DNA of 64,000 nucleotides, taken from Acidobacteriota bacterium. Its GTDB lineage: Bacteria; Acidobacteriota; Vicinamibacteria; Vicinamibacterales; UBA2999. The translations under genes and the position numbers were made by a program. The notes below the pieces were generated by a model. The model did not search any database. It was given only the letters and a program-made list of their open reading frames with translations, and was not told the origin of the DNA. Positions 52,864-61,681 of the stretch are shown here, in pieces (position 1 is the first letter of the stretch; each line of letters opens with the position of its first letter). The stretch lies in assembly GCA_016213695.1 (NCBI GenBank), contig JACQZV010000005.1, positions 9,775-73,774 of the forward strand, in the 5' to 3' direction.

Positions 52864-53415
52864 TCAGCGGGCGGGCTGAGCCGCGGCGGCCCGTTGGGCC
52901 ATCCGCTCCTGCATCTGACGAGTCAGATGCGGCACGAGGCCGACCATGCGCTGCAGCACCATCAACTGGCCTCGGTGGTGCATCTCATGTTCCTTGGCGG
53001 AGAGCAGCATCTCGAAGCGCGTCTTGGAGGCCGGCTGCGCGCCGGGCATCTGCGTCACGGGCTCTCCCAGGAAGGCCTCCGGCAGGCCTTCGAGGTACGA
53101 GGCGAAGGCGTCACCTTCCGCCTTGAGGAACGCCACGATCTCCGCCTTGCTGCGCGGCTTGGCCTCCTCGGCCGTCATCTTCTGGAAGAGTTCCATGAAG
53201 TTGACCTTCTGGATGTCGGCAACCCTGTTGCCGTGGATATGGCGCTGGATGCCCGGTCCGAGCGCAACGTGCACGAGCGTCTGGCCGATGCTCCGGCAGT
53301 CGGGCGCCGCCTTGAAGCTGTACTTCGCCTCCGGAATATCCTCCGCGGCCTGTATGGTGTTGCTCCGAACTGTGCGGAAGCTCGCCGCGAGTTCTTTCCC
53401 TCCGTAGTACGTCAT
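52864..53415 (-). CDS. DinB-family (four-helix-bundle, metal-binding) protein
   Basis: IGQTLVHVA and the C-terminal HEMHHRGQLMVLQRM are typical of DinB/YfiT-like proteins. It overlaps the upstream MBL gene by 4 nt. Confidence 0.7.
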   Translation of the reverse strand: MTYYGGKELAASFRTVRSNTIQAAEDIPEAKYSFKAAPDCRSIGQTLVHVALGPGIQRHIHGNRVADIQKVNFMELFQKMTAEEAKPRSKAEIVAFLKAEGDAFASYLEGLPEAFLGEPVTQMPGAQPASKTRFEMLLSAKEHEMHHRGQLMVLQRMVGLVPHLTRQMQERMAQRAAAAQPAR

Positions 53416-54326
53416 CGTGTCCCTCCCAGTAGGTCCTTGTTCATCAGGTCGATACGTTGTTCGTCGTCATGGCTTGCCACGATGACCAGGCGCGGCTCGG
53501 TGCGCGACAGCTGGTTCAGCCAGCGAAGTTGATCCATGACGGTGGCTTGATCCTCGGTCACCCAGGGCGCGTCCTTGCCGGTCACGAGCCGGACGCCATC
53601 CATGTGCCACGTGGTGTCGCCAATGAGGAGATACTCCCGCCCGGACTGAAGCGCGACAAAGATCATCTGCGATCCAGGTGTGTGCCCGGGCGCTTTGACC
53701 GCGGCCATGCCGGGCGCCACCGGCAGATATCTATCGTAGTCGACAACGATGAAGCGCCGCGCCAGATCGTCACTTACCGCGATCTCCGGCATCTGCGGCG
53801 CCTTCATGAGGCCCTGGAGCTGCGTGCGGGTCAGGATGGTCTTTGGCGCCAGTTCGGCGGCCGCCGGCGTGTGTACGACGCCGGCCACGTGATCGCCGTG
53901 CTCGTGGGTGACAATGATGAGACGAGCCTCGCGGACGGCCCGGGCGACGGTGCGCGCCGCCTCAGCGTCGTAGGGCTCCTCGACGCCGCGGCCGAAGAAT
54001 CTGTGGACATCGAGGTCCATGCCGGCGTCGACCATCACGGTCGAGTCGGGGTAGACGACCTGGAAAGCCGTTCGGGCCTGCACGCTCGGAGTGGCCGGCG
54101 CGCCCTTGATCGAGAAGTTCTTCGTCCTGCGGCTCTCGGCGAATTTCAGGATGTTGATTCGAACCGGATGCGGTCCCGGAACGAGCGCCGCAGTACGCCT
54201 GAGGTCGCCCAGGTTCGCGGTCCAGGCTGTGCCAGGACTTTGCGCCAGGACCGACGCGGTGTCCGGCAGCGCAACCGCCGCCGCTGTTGCCAGAACAAGA
54301 AGGACCGGGCGAAACCGCATGGGCAA
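53412..54326 (-). CDS. Secreted MBL-fold hydrolase (lactonase-like)
   Basis: Signal peptide MPMRFRPVLLVLATAAAVALP, HxHxDH motif IIVTHEHGDHVAG, and downstream KAPGHTPGS. Confidence 0.78.
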   Translation of the reverse strand: MPMRFRPVLLVLATAAAVALPDTASVLAQSPGTAWTANLGDLRRTAALVPGPHPVRINILKFAESRRTKNFSIKGAPATPSVQARTAFQVVYPDSTVMVDAGMDLDVHRFFGRGVEEPYDAEAARTVARAVREARLIIVTHEHGDHVAGVVHTPAAAELAPKTILTRTQLQGLMKAPQMPEIAVSDDLARRFIVVDYDRYLPVAPGMAAVKAPGHTPGSQMIFVALQSGREYLLIGDTTWHMDGVRLVTGKDAPWVTEDQATVMDQLRWLNQLSRTEPRLVIVASHDDEQRIDLMNKDLLGGTR

Positions 54327-54564
54327 TCTGAAGGCCTTAATGGTAGCGCAGGTCGTATCGTGGTCACCGAACGCACGAGGCGGTGATGTGCTCCTGCGGT
54401 AAGCGGCGGGCTGGCCGGGTCAGGCCCTGCGAGCCTTGAGCGCCGCGAGAAACTCGGCCGGCGGCTGCGGCCACCGGCCGCGCTCCTCTTCAATAAGAAT
54501 GGCTACGTCGACGGCCGGGCGTAATCTACCATCACGGCCAACATCGCAGAGCGCCGCACGAACG

Positions 54565-54596
54565 AAAAAAAAGGGACGGGCCTCGCGACCCGTCCC
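54565..54596 (-). terminator. Rho-independent terminator of the 54621-55328 gene
   Basis: On the minus strand the sequence is GGGACGGG-tcgcgagg-CCCGTCCC followed by T8, beginning 25 nt after the stop codon. Confidence 0.8.
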
Positions 54597-54620
54597 TCCA
54601 CGTCTGCCGGCCGTCTGGAT

Positions 54621-55328
54621 CTACTGGCCGGGTGCGAAGCAGTACAGATAGCCGTTGCCGCCGGTGGCCACCAGATTCGGCTGGCTGCAGCCGCGGCTGC
54701 CGTGCGCCGAGTTCCACGAGCCGTTGCCGCCGCCGTTCTTGTCGTGGTGGCCGAGCTGCACCTGGCCGCGGCCGTCCGTGTTGGCCGAGTAGTTGTTGCA
54801 GGTGTGGTCCATGCCGTCGGTGAACGCCCGGCCGTCCGGCGTCGAGCCGGTCAGGATGTCGTGCTGGTTCGGCATGTCGCCGACGCCGTTGATCACGTCG
54901 CCCTTTTCGTTGCGCGCGCTCTGCTTGTTGATGCGGTTTCCGAGCCGCGCCACGTCGAGCGTGTCGCCGTGCAGTTCGGCGAGACTGGCCGCGACCATCC
55001 CGCCGCGGGAGTTGTACCAGGGTCCCTGGCCGATCCGGTCGCGCGCGTTCACCGCGCCCGGGCCCTGCGTGCTCAGGTACGCGACCCACTTCGCGTTGCC
55101 GCGCCCGGCCGCCTGCGCCAGCTGCTGGCACCACGCATCGGCGCCTGCCAGGCCGCCGTAGTTGGCCCCGTCACCCTTCGACGTGCCGGTGACGAAGAAC
55201 GACATCGGTTGAGGGGGTGCCTGCGCGCCGCCTCGACCACCCGCGGGTTGCTGTTGCGCCAGCGCCAGATACGATCCCAGGGTTACCAGGAGCGCCAGCG
55301 CGGCAAGAACCGGTCGTAGGTATTTCAT
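54621..55328 (-). CDS. Secreted endostatin-like / DUF1554-like (C-type-lectin fold) protein
   Basis: ATG 55328 gives signal peptide MKYLRPVLAALALLVTLGSYLALAQ. GGLAGADAWCQQLAQAAGRGNAKWVAYLST parallels the endostatin segment [28 protein letters not shown]. The C-terminal YLYCFA parallels YIVLCIE. Confidence 0.55.
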   Translation of the reverse strand: MKYLRPVLAALALLVTLGSYLALAQQQPAGGRGGAQAPPQPMSFFVTGTSKGDGANYGGLAGADAWCQQLAQAAGRGNAKWVAYLSTQGPGAVNARDRIGQGPWYNSRGGMVAASLAELHGDTLDVARLGNRINKQSARNEKGDVINGVGDMPNQHDILTGSTPDGRAFTDGMDHTCNNYSANTDGRGQVQLGHHDKNGGGNGSWNSAHGSRGCSQPNLVATGGNGYLYCFAPGQ

Positions 55329-55455
55329 AGCCTGTCCTCTCCGTCTCATCTATCCGTCTCGTCTCAAGGGGTTGAAGGGCTGATGTGCCGCCAGATCGGT
55401 GACGCATGTTACCTGACCGGCCGGAGGCGCGTAAAGCCCGGCGGGCGGGCCGGAG

Positions 55456-56238
55456 CTAGGCGTAGGGTCGCAGCGCCAGGAACGGTTCCACCGGCAGGTG
55501 GCGTGGGTCGCCCGGATAGTACACACGCTCGAGAAACAGACCCGAGGCGGGCGCCGTGAGGCGCGCGGGCAGCGGCGAGGGTCCTTCGAGCAGCGCCGCT
55601 GCGGCGTCGACATCCAGCCCGCCGCGGCCGACCTCCACCAGGACGCCGACGAGTCGGCGGACCATCTTCCACAGGAAATGCGAACCTTCGATGTGGACGA
55701 GGAGCAGGTCGCCGCGCTCATGGAGGTCGAGCGTGTCCACGAGCGCCTGCGTCGACTTCTCGTCGGGATCGTCGTCCGAGAAGGCCTGAAAATCGTGCAT
55801 GCCGACGAACCGGGCGGCGGTCAGGCGCATCGCGCCGAGGTCGAGTGCGTCCTTGACCCACCAGACGTACGCCTTGCCGAACGCCGTCCGGCGCCGGGCG
55901 ATCTGATAGAGGTAGCTGCGCGCGACCGCGTCGTGGCGTGCGTGGAAGCGGTGCCGCACCCGCTCGATCCGCAGCACGTTGATATCGGCGGGGAGATTGT
56001 CGTTGATACGCCGCCGCAGCGTGTCGGGCGGCAGGGACGAGTCGATGTCCAGGTGCGCTACCTGCGCCAGCGCGTGCACGCCGGCGTCGGTCCTGCCAGA
56101 GCCGTAGATCTCGAAACGCTGCGCCCCGGTCTCCCGAATGGCCGCCTGGATCTCGCCCTGGATCGTCCGCGCGTTCTTCTGCACCTGCCAGCCGCTGTAG
56201 CGCGTCCCGGCATATTCAATGGTGAGTTTGAGTTTCAT
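55456..56238 (-). CDS. truA: tRNA pseudouridine(38-40) synthase TruA
   Basis: N-terminus MKLKLTIEYAGTRYSGWQVQ and catalytic motif GSGRTDAGVHA. Confidence 0.92.
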   Translation of the reverse strand: MKLKLTIEYAGTRYSGWQVQKNARTIQGEIQAAIRETGAQRFEIYGSGRTDAGVHALAQVAHLDIDSSLPPDTLRRRINDNLPADINVLRIERVRHRFHARHDAVARSYLYQIARRRTAFGKAYVWWVKDALDLGAMRLTAARFVGMHDFQAFSDDDPDEKSTQALVDTLDLHERGDLLLVHIEGSHFLWKMVRRLVGVLVEVGRGGLDVDAAAALLEGPSPLPARLTAPASGLFLERVYYPGDPRHLPVEPFLALRPYA

Positions 56239-56277
56239 CGCCTGTCGGCGTCATCCCCGCATGTTCGCGGGGTGGCG

Positions 56278-59016
56278 TCACGGGGTGCGCCCGCGCATCT
56301 GCGCGAGGAGGTCGCCGAGCTGCTTCAGTTCCTCGCCGTACGTCGCCCAGTCGCCCTTGCGCTGCGCCTCGACGGCGCGGTCGTAGTGGCCCCGTGCCTG
56401 CGTGGCGAGTGCGGTGAGGTCGGGCGTGCCGGACGGAGCCGCCGGTGCCGGCGCTGCCGCGCCTCCTGGAAGCGTGAGGCCGCGTACGGTCTCGGTGTCA
56501 GGGCGCTGGGCGGGGGCGCCTCCGAAAAGGCGGATCAACCCCGCGTCGAGCGTCGGCTCCATCACAATCTGGTTCTGGTATGCCACGATGACGCGGGTCA
56601 GCTCCGGAATGCGGCCGCCGGAGGCGCGCAGGTACAGCGGCCGCACGTAGATGAGCGACTCCTCGATGGGAATGACCATGAGCGTGCCCCAGATCACCTG
56701 CGAGCCCTGCTGATTCCAGAGCGTGATCTGCGGCGAGATCGCCTGGTCCTGGTTGATCCGCGCGACCACCTGCCGCGGCCCGAAGATCACCTTCTGCTTC
56801 GGGAATTGAAACACCCGCAGCGTGCCGTAGTGGCCGCCGTCGCTGCGCGCTGCCAGCCACGCCGCCAGGTTGTCGCGGTTGCGCGGCGTGAAGGGCAGCA
56901 TCTGAATGAACTCCGGCTCGGTTTCACCCGGCAGCCGCATGATCGTGTAGTACGGCTGCATCGGACCGGCATCGCCCGTGTCATCGATGACCGGCAGCTG
57001 CCACTGGTCTTCGCGATTGTAGAAGACCGCGGGCTGCGTCATGTGATACGTCGCGTAGACCGAGGCCTGGATCGCGAAGATGTCCTCGGGATAGCGGATG
57101 TGCTCGCGCAGCGTCGCCGGCATCCGGTCGAGCGGTGCGAAGAGGCCCGGGAATATCCGGGCATAGGTGGCCGCGATGGGATCGGCCGGATCCGCCAGGT
57201 ACACGGTCGTCGTCCCGTCGTAGGCGTCGATGACGATCTTCACCGCATTGCGGATGTAGTTCAGGCCGCGCGCCCCGGCGGCAGGAGTCGCGTACGGATA
57301 CCGGGTGCTGGTCGTATAGGCGTCGTACATCCAGTAGAGGCGGCCGTCGGCGACGACGAGGTAGGGATCGCGATCGTAGGAGAGAAACGGCGCCAGCTTC
57401 TGCACGCGCTCGCGGATATTGCGGAAGAACAGGATCCGGCTCTCGTCGTTGATGTCGTTGCTCAGCAGGATCTGGTAGGCCCCGAAGCGCAGGGCAAACA
57501 CCAGCTTGCGCCAGAGCGACCCGATCGGCACGCCGCCGCGCCCCTCGTAACGCGCGAAGACGTTGTCCTCACCCCTGGGGTAGTGGAACTCGCGCGTCGC
57601 CGTCCGCACGATCACGTAGTCGCTCGACAGCTCGCCGTAATAGAGGCTCGGCTCCTTGATGGGCAGCTCCGGAATCGTCTCGAGCGGCAGGTTGCCGACA
57701 AACAGCACCGGCAGCCCCTCGCTCGTGACCTGGTTGACCGGTCCGAGCGTCAGGCCGTAGCCATGCGTGAACGTGAGCCGGTCGTTGACCCACGTGCGAT
57801 TCGGCAGGCTCGCCGTGTCGAGCTCGCGCGGCGACAGCATGATCTGCCGGAGTGTCCCGTCGATCCGGTAGCGGTCGTTGTCGACGCCGACAAAGTCGTA
57901 GTACGTGCGGATCACCTGCAGCTGCCCGAAGGTGTCGAGCAGCGGCTGGTGGTCCCAGAGGCGGACGTTGCTGATCGTCGCCGTGTTGCGCGTCAGGTCC
58001 TGTGATGTCAGCGTCGCGTCGCCGGTCAGTTCCTGCGCTTCGACGCGGTCAAGGGCGAAGGCGCGCCGCGTGGCGTCGATGTTGTGCTGGATGAACGGCG
58101 ACTCCCGCGTCTGCTCGTTGGGCGAGACAATGAAGCGCTGCAGGATGGCCGTATACACCCCGCCCCCGACGGCCACGAGAACATAAAGGGCGGCGGCCGC
58201 CGGAAGCGGCCAGTTGCGCGGGGTGAACGCCTGGACCAGCGCCAGCGCCGCGCCAATGAGGGCGGCCCCTGTCAGGATCAACGCGGCGGGCATGCGTCCG
58301 TTGACGTCGGCGTAGCCCGGCCCGTAGATGAGGTTCGACGGCTCGACGAGCAGTTCCGCCTGTCCGAGCCATGCGCCCGCCGCGAGCAGCAGCAGGAAGA
58401 GCGCGGCGAGCAGCGACAGATGCCGCCGGGCGCCCGGCGTCATCCAGACCATGGCGCCGAACCGTGAGCTGAGGCTGCCCGACACGAAGTAGAGCAGTCC
58501 GGACGCCAGGCCGGCAAGCAGCACCAGGCCCTGCGCGAGCCCCCGAACGAACTGGTAGAACGGGAGCGAGAAGACGTAGAAGCCGGCGTCCCGTCCGAGC
58601 ACCGGGTCCGCCTGGCCGAACGGCACCGCGTAGCGCCACGCCAGCCACATCTCCCACTGCGATCCGGCGTACAAGGCGATGAGGGCCGCCACGACGACGG
58701 CGAGCCCGGAGGCGATCGTCCGGAGCTGCTGGCGGCCGGGCATGGGCAGCTGGACGCCCTCGCGCGTCGTGAACACGGGGCGGAGGTCACCGATCGAGGC
58801 GAGGGCCACATGCAGGTTCCCCGCGAGCCATGCGGCGGCGGCCGCAAAGACGATCACGAAAAGCAGGGACTGCGCCCGGAGGACCGTCAGAAACACCTGC
58901 TGGTAGCCCACTTCGCCGAACCACAGCCAGTCGGTGTAGAAGCGGACGGCGGACGGCCCTGCGAAGAAGGCCACGGCGACCAGGGCCAGGACGACGAAGC
59001 GAAGGGGTCGGTGCAT
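56278..59016 (-). CDS. UPF0182 family large membrane protein
   Basis: 912 aa, with N-terminus FYTDWLWFGEVGYQQVF, multiple TM helices and a large soluble C-terminal region typical of UPF0182/COG1615. Confidence 0.8.
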   Translation of the reverse strand: MHRPLRFVVLALVAVAFFAGPSAVRFYTDWLWFGEVGYQQVFLTVLRAQSLLFVIVFAAAAAWLAGNLHVALASIGDLRPVFTTREGVQLPMPGRQQLRTIASGLAVVVAALIALYAGSQWEMWLAWRYAVPFGQADPVLGRDAGFYVFSLPFYQFVRGLAQGLVLLAGLASGLLYFVSGSLSSRFGAMVWMTPGARRHLSLLAALFLLLLAAGAWLGQAELLVEPSNLIYGPGYADVNGRMPAALILTGAALIGAALALVQAFTPRNWPLPAAAALYVLVAVGGGVYTAILQRFIVSPNEQTRESPFIQHNIDATRRAFALDRVEAQELTGDATLTSQDLTRNTATISNVRLWDHQPLLDTFGQLQVIRTYYDFVGVDNDRYRIDGTLRQIMLSPRELDTASLPNRTWVNDRLTFTHGYGLTLGPVNQVTSEGLPVLFVGNLPLETIPELPIKEPSLYYGELSSDYVIVRTATREFHYPRGEDNVFARYEGRGGVPIGSLWRKLVFALRFGAYQILLSNDINDESRILFFRNIRERVQKLAPFLSYDRDPYLVVADGRLYWMYDAYTTSTRYPYATPAAGARGLNYIRNAVKIVIDAYDGTTTVYLADPADPIAATYARIFPGLFAPLDRMPATLREHIRYPEDIFAIQASVYATYHMTQPAVFYNREDQWQLPVIDDTGDAGPMQPYYTIMRLPGETEPEFIQMLPFTPRNRDNLAAWLAARSDGGHYGTLRVFQFPKQKVIFGPRQVVARINQDQAISPQITLWNQQGSQVIWGTLMVIPIEESLIYVRPLYLRASGGRIPELTRVIVAYQNQIVMEPTLDAGLIRLFGGAPAQRPDTETVRGLTLPGGAAAPAPAAPSGTPDLTALATQARGHYDRAVEAQRKGDWATYGEELKQLGDLLAQMRGRTP

Positions 59017-59028
59017 AAGGTATGGAGC

Positions 59029-60006
59029 CTAGTATCTGTCGGAGGCGGATTGAAGGTCGGCTCGCACCTCTCGGGCGAGCCCGGCAGGGCTGACGACGCG
59101 CGCAAAGGGTCCCCAGCTCAGAATCCAGCTGCGCAGGGCCCAGTCGTGGCAGACCTCCATCGAGAGCCGGAGCGTGCCGTCGGGGTGCTCCCGCATCTGC
59201 TGGGAAGTGTGCCACACCCGCGCCCGGACGTACGGCGCCACCTTGGGCGCGAACTCCACCTCGACGTGCGCCGGCGGGCCGGTGTTGACGCCGAGCGAGT
59301 TGGCAAAGACGTCCTTGCCGAGCGGCTGTTTCGGCGTGAAGGTCTGCTTTTCGAGGGAGACCGACACGATGCGGTCGACCGCAAAGGTGCGAACGTCCTT
59401 GTACGCCGGCACGTAGGCGAGCAGATAGAGCCCGCCCTGCGCGAATTCCAGCCGGTATGGATGCAGTTCGTAGTCCTTGACGCCGCCGCTCGACACGGAG
59501 TGATACCGCATGGTGGCGACGCGGCGGTGGAGCGTTGCGTCGAGGAGCTTGGCCATCGCGTCAGGCGCCGTGTCGCCCCCGCGGGCCCGCGGTCCGGGCT
59601 TGGCGCTGAGGACGGCGGGCAGCTCGTCGAGAAACTGCCGCATCCGAGGGGAAAGCAGCTTTTCCAGACGCGCGAACGCCAGGCCGAGATCGCGCTGGAA
59701 CGGGGTGCTGGCCACCGCCTCGAGCAGGTTGCGGCTCAGGTACAACGCGCACAGCTCCGGCAGCGTAAAGCCGGTTTCGAGCCCCCCAAGCACGTGGCCG
59801 TCGAGCCGCCACGAGACCCGCCCCTCGTCGTCACGCTCGTCGAAGAGGGGGAACCCGGCTTCCTGCAGCGCGGCGAGATCCCGCCGGATCGTCCGCGTGG
59901 TGACGTCCAGCTCGGCGGCGAGCGCGGTAATCGTCACCCCATGCCGGGACGATTCGAGTGCATGGAGCACCCGCCATTGCCGGATGACCTCCTGATTGCG
60001 GGGCAC
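59029..60006 (-). CDS. HTH-WYL domain transcriptional regulator (YafY/PafBC-like)
   Basis: N-terminal DeoR-type HTH ITALAAELDVTTRTIRRDLAALQEAGFPL, a central WYL-like region (YELHPYRLEFAQGGLYLLAYV) and a C-terminal WCX-like region. Confidence 0.78.
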   Translation of the reverse strand: MPRNQEVIRQWRVLHALESSRHGVTITALAAELDVTTRTIRRDLAALQEAGFPLFDERDDEGRVSWRLDGHVLGGLETGFTLPELCALYLSRNLLEAVASTPFQRDLGLAFARLEKLLSPRMRQFLDELPAVLSAKPGPRARGGDTAPDAMAKLLDATLHRRVATMRYHSVSSGGVKDYELHPYRLEFAQGGLYLLAYVPAYKDVRTFAVDRIVSVSLEKQTFTPKQPLGKDVFANSLGVNTGPPAHVEVEFAPKVAPYVRARVWHTSQQMREHPDGTLRLSMEVCHDWALRSWILSWGPFARVVSPAGLAREVRADLQSASDRY

Positions 60007-60040
60007 AGCCCATCCTACCGCCAGTTCCGGGCTTCAGGCC

Positions 60041-60427
60041 TCACCCCTCTTCCTTCAGCCTTCTGAGTTCGCGTCGCCGGCGGCGGTCGGGCGTGCCGGC
60101 CGCGCGCGCGGCCGCGCGATAGACGCGCTCGACACGGCGCATCTCCACTTCTTCGGGCGTCGGCTTCGGCGTCACGTCGTCGTAGAGGACGCGCGCCTCG
60201 GACTTCTTGACGTGCTGATCGATGGCTATGCGGACGATCACGTCCTGATGGCGGCCGAAGCCACGGGAGATGCGGACTCGGTCGCCTTCGTGCAGCGCGC
60301 GGTTCGGTTTGGCCGGCTGCGCGTTCACGGTCACCTTGCCACCCTCACAGGCGCGCTTGGCTTCAGAACGCGTCTTGAACAGGCACGCAACGTCGAGCCA
60401 GACGTCCAGGCGGACCGTGTCGCCCAC
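60041..60427 (-). CDS. S4-domain RNA-binding protein (Hsp15/HslR-like)
   Basis: RLDVWLDVACLFKTRSEAKRACEGGKVTVNAQPAKPNRALHEGDRVRI is an S4 alpha-L motif, followed by a basic tail. GTG start. Confidence 0.72.
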   Translation of the reverse strand: MGDTVRLDVWLDVACLFKTRSEAKRACEGGKVTVNAQPAKPNRALHEGDRVRISRGFGRHQDVIVRIAIDQHVKKSEARVLYDDVTPKPTPEEVEMRRVERVYRAAARAAGTPDRRRRRELRRLKEEG

Positions 60428-60430
60428 GGG

Positions 60431-61429
60431 TCAGATGAGGATCTCGACCTTCGCCTTCACGCGCAGGGCATCGACGAACGCCTGCGTCTGCTGCTCGCGG
60501 TTCTGGTCTTTCAGGTAGGACTCGATGCGCTCGCGCACTTCTTCGATCGGGATCGTGCGGGCCGTCTGTTTCTCGATCACCCGGATGATGTGGAAGCCGA
60601 AGCGCGTCTCCACCAGCTCGCTCGTCGCCCCCGGCATCAGGGAAAACGCCGCTTCTTCGAACGGACCGACCATCTGGCCGCGCTCGAAGAACCCGAGGTC
60701 GCCGCCGTTTGGCGCGCTGCCGGGATCCTGCGAGTTCTGCCTGGCCAGCTCGGCGAAGTCCTTGCCGGCCTTCACGTCGGTGAGGATACCGGCCGCTTTG
60801 GCGCGCGCCTGTTCCTTGGCCGGGGCGTCGGCGCCTTCCTGAACGAGCACGAGGATGTGGCTGGCGTGGACCCGCTCGCCCTGCTGAAACGAGTTGCTCG
60901 CGTAGAACTGATTCACCTGTTCGGGGGTGACCGCCGACTTTGCCGCAAGCTCCGCATCGATGAGCCCGTTGACCTGCAGTCCTTTCCGCACGTCGTCGCG
61001 CAGCTGTGCCGCCGTCATGTTCTGCTGCTGGAGGGCCTCCTGGAAGGCCTGATCGGTCGGAAAGTCCTTGCGCAGCTCCGCCACGCGCGCGTCGATATCG
61101 GCATCCGGCACCGCAATGCTGCGCGTAACGCTCTCCTGTTGCAGCAGCCGGTAGCCAATGAGCTGATCGAGCACGCCGCGGATCACGCGATCCCGCTGAT
61201 CAGTAGGCATTGGCCGGCCAACGCGCGACTCGAGCTGCGCGATCGCGCCCTCGAGGTCGCCTTTGCTGATCGCTTCACCGTTGACGCGGGCCACGACGGC
61301 GGGGAGTTCGGCGGGAACCGGCCTGGCGGGCGCCTCCGCCGCGGCCGGCGCGGGGGGCGTCTGCCCGGCCGCGGCCACGGTGCTCCAGGAGCAGGCGGCG
61401 ACAGCCGACACGATGACGAAGGACAGCAT
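60431..61429 (-). CDS. Periplasmic parvulin-type peptidyl-prolyl isomerase (SurA/PrsA-like)
   Basis: Start at ATG 61429 gives signal peptide MLSFVIVSAVAACSWSTVAAAGQ. The parvulin core is HASHILV..GGDLGFFERGQMVGPFEEAAF..FGFHIIRV. Confidence 0.82.
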   Translation of the reverse strand: MLSFVIVSAVAACSWSTVAAAGQTPPAPAAAEAPARPVPAELPAVVARVNGEAISKGDLEGAIAQLESRVGRPMPTDQRDRVIRGVLDQLIGYRLLQQESVTRSIAVPDADIDARVAELRKDFPTDQAFQEALQQQNMTAAQLRDDVRKGLQVNGLIDAELAAKSAVTPEQVNQFYASNSFQQGERVHASHILVLVQEGADAPAKEQARAKAAGILTDVKAGKDFAELARQNSQDPGSAPNGGDLGFFERGQMVGPFEEAAFSLMPGATSELVETRFGFHIIRVIEKQTARTIPIEEVRERIESYLKDQNREQQTQAFVDALRVKAKVEILI

Positions 61430-61559
61430 TCGAGTCACGGGAAGCTCCTGTGGCTGGTTGGCAGTTGGTGGCGGCGTGAACTTTACCACTATCGGCCGGC
61501 CGCGACCCACCGGGGCGCGATGCTATACTGGCGCCTCCGTCGAAGCAGCAGGCTGGAGT

Positions 61560-61635
61560 GCCGAGGTAGCTCAGTTGGTAGAGCACGTGACTGAAAATCA
61601 CGGTGTCGGCGGTTCAATTCCGTCCCTCGGCACCA
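61560..61635 (+). tRNA. tRNA-Phe (anticodon GAA)
   Basis: Manual cloverleaf: acceptor GCCGAGG/CCTCGGC, D-arm GCTC-AGTTGGTA-GAGC, anticodon arm CGTGA-CTGAAAA-TCACG, T-arm GGCGG-TTCAATT-CCGTC, encoded CCA. Confidence 0.9.
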
Positions 61636-61681
61636 CTTAACTTCGGCCACGCCACCTCGGCCTCGCACGGCCGGCCCAGCC

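Noticed and set aside
54327-54564. A possible small gene or pseudogene in the 290-bp spacer. One minus-strand frame reads ..DVAILIEEERGRWPQPPAEFLAALKARRA*.
   Set aside because: That frame has no in-frame ATG, GTG or TTG start. The 115-aa ORF-track call (54146-54493) is Arg-rich and overlaps the MBL start. This is at most a degraded gene remnant, so it is not reported as a feature.
55498-58005. An 835-aa plus-strand ORF.
   Set aside because: It is antisense to truA and the UPF0182 gene, both of which have strong family signatures. The sequence is low-complexity and Arg/Asp/Val-rich.
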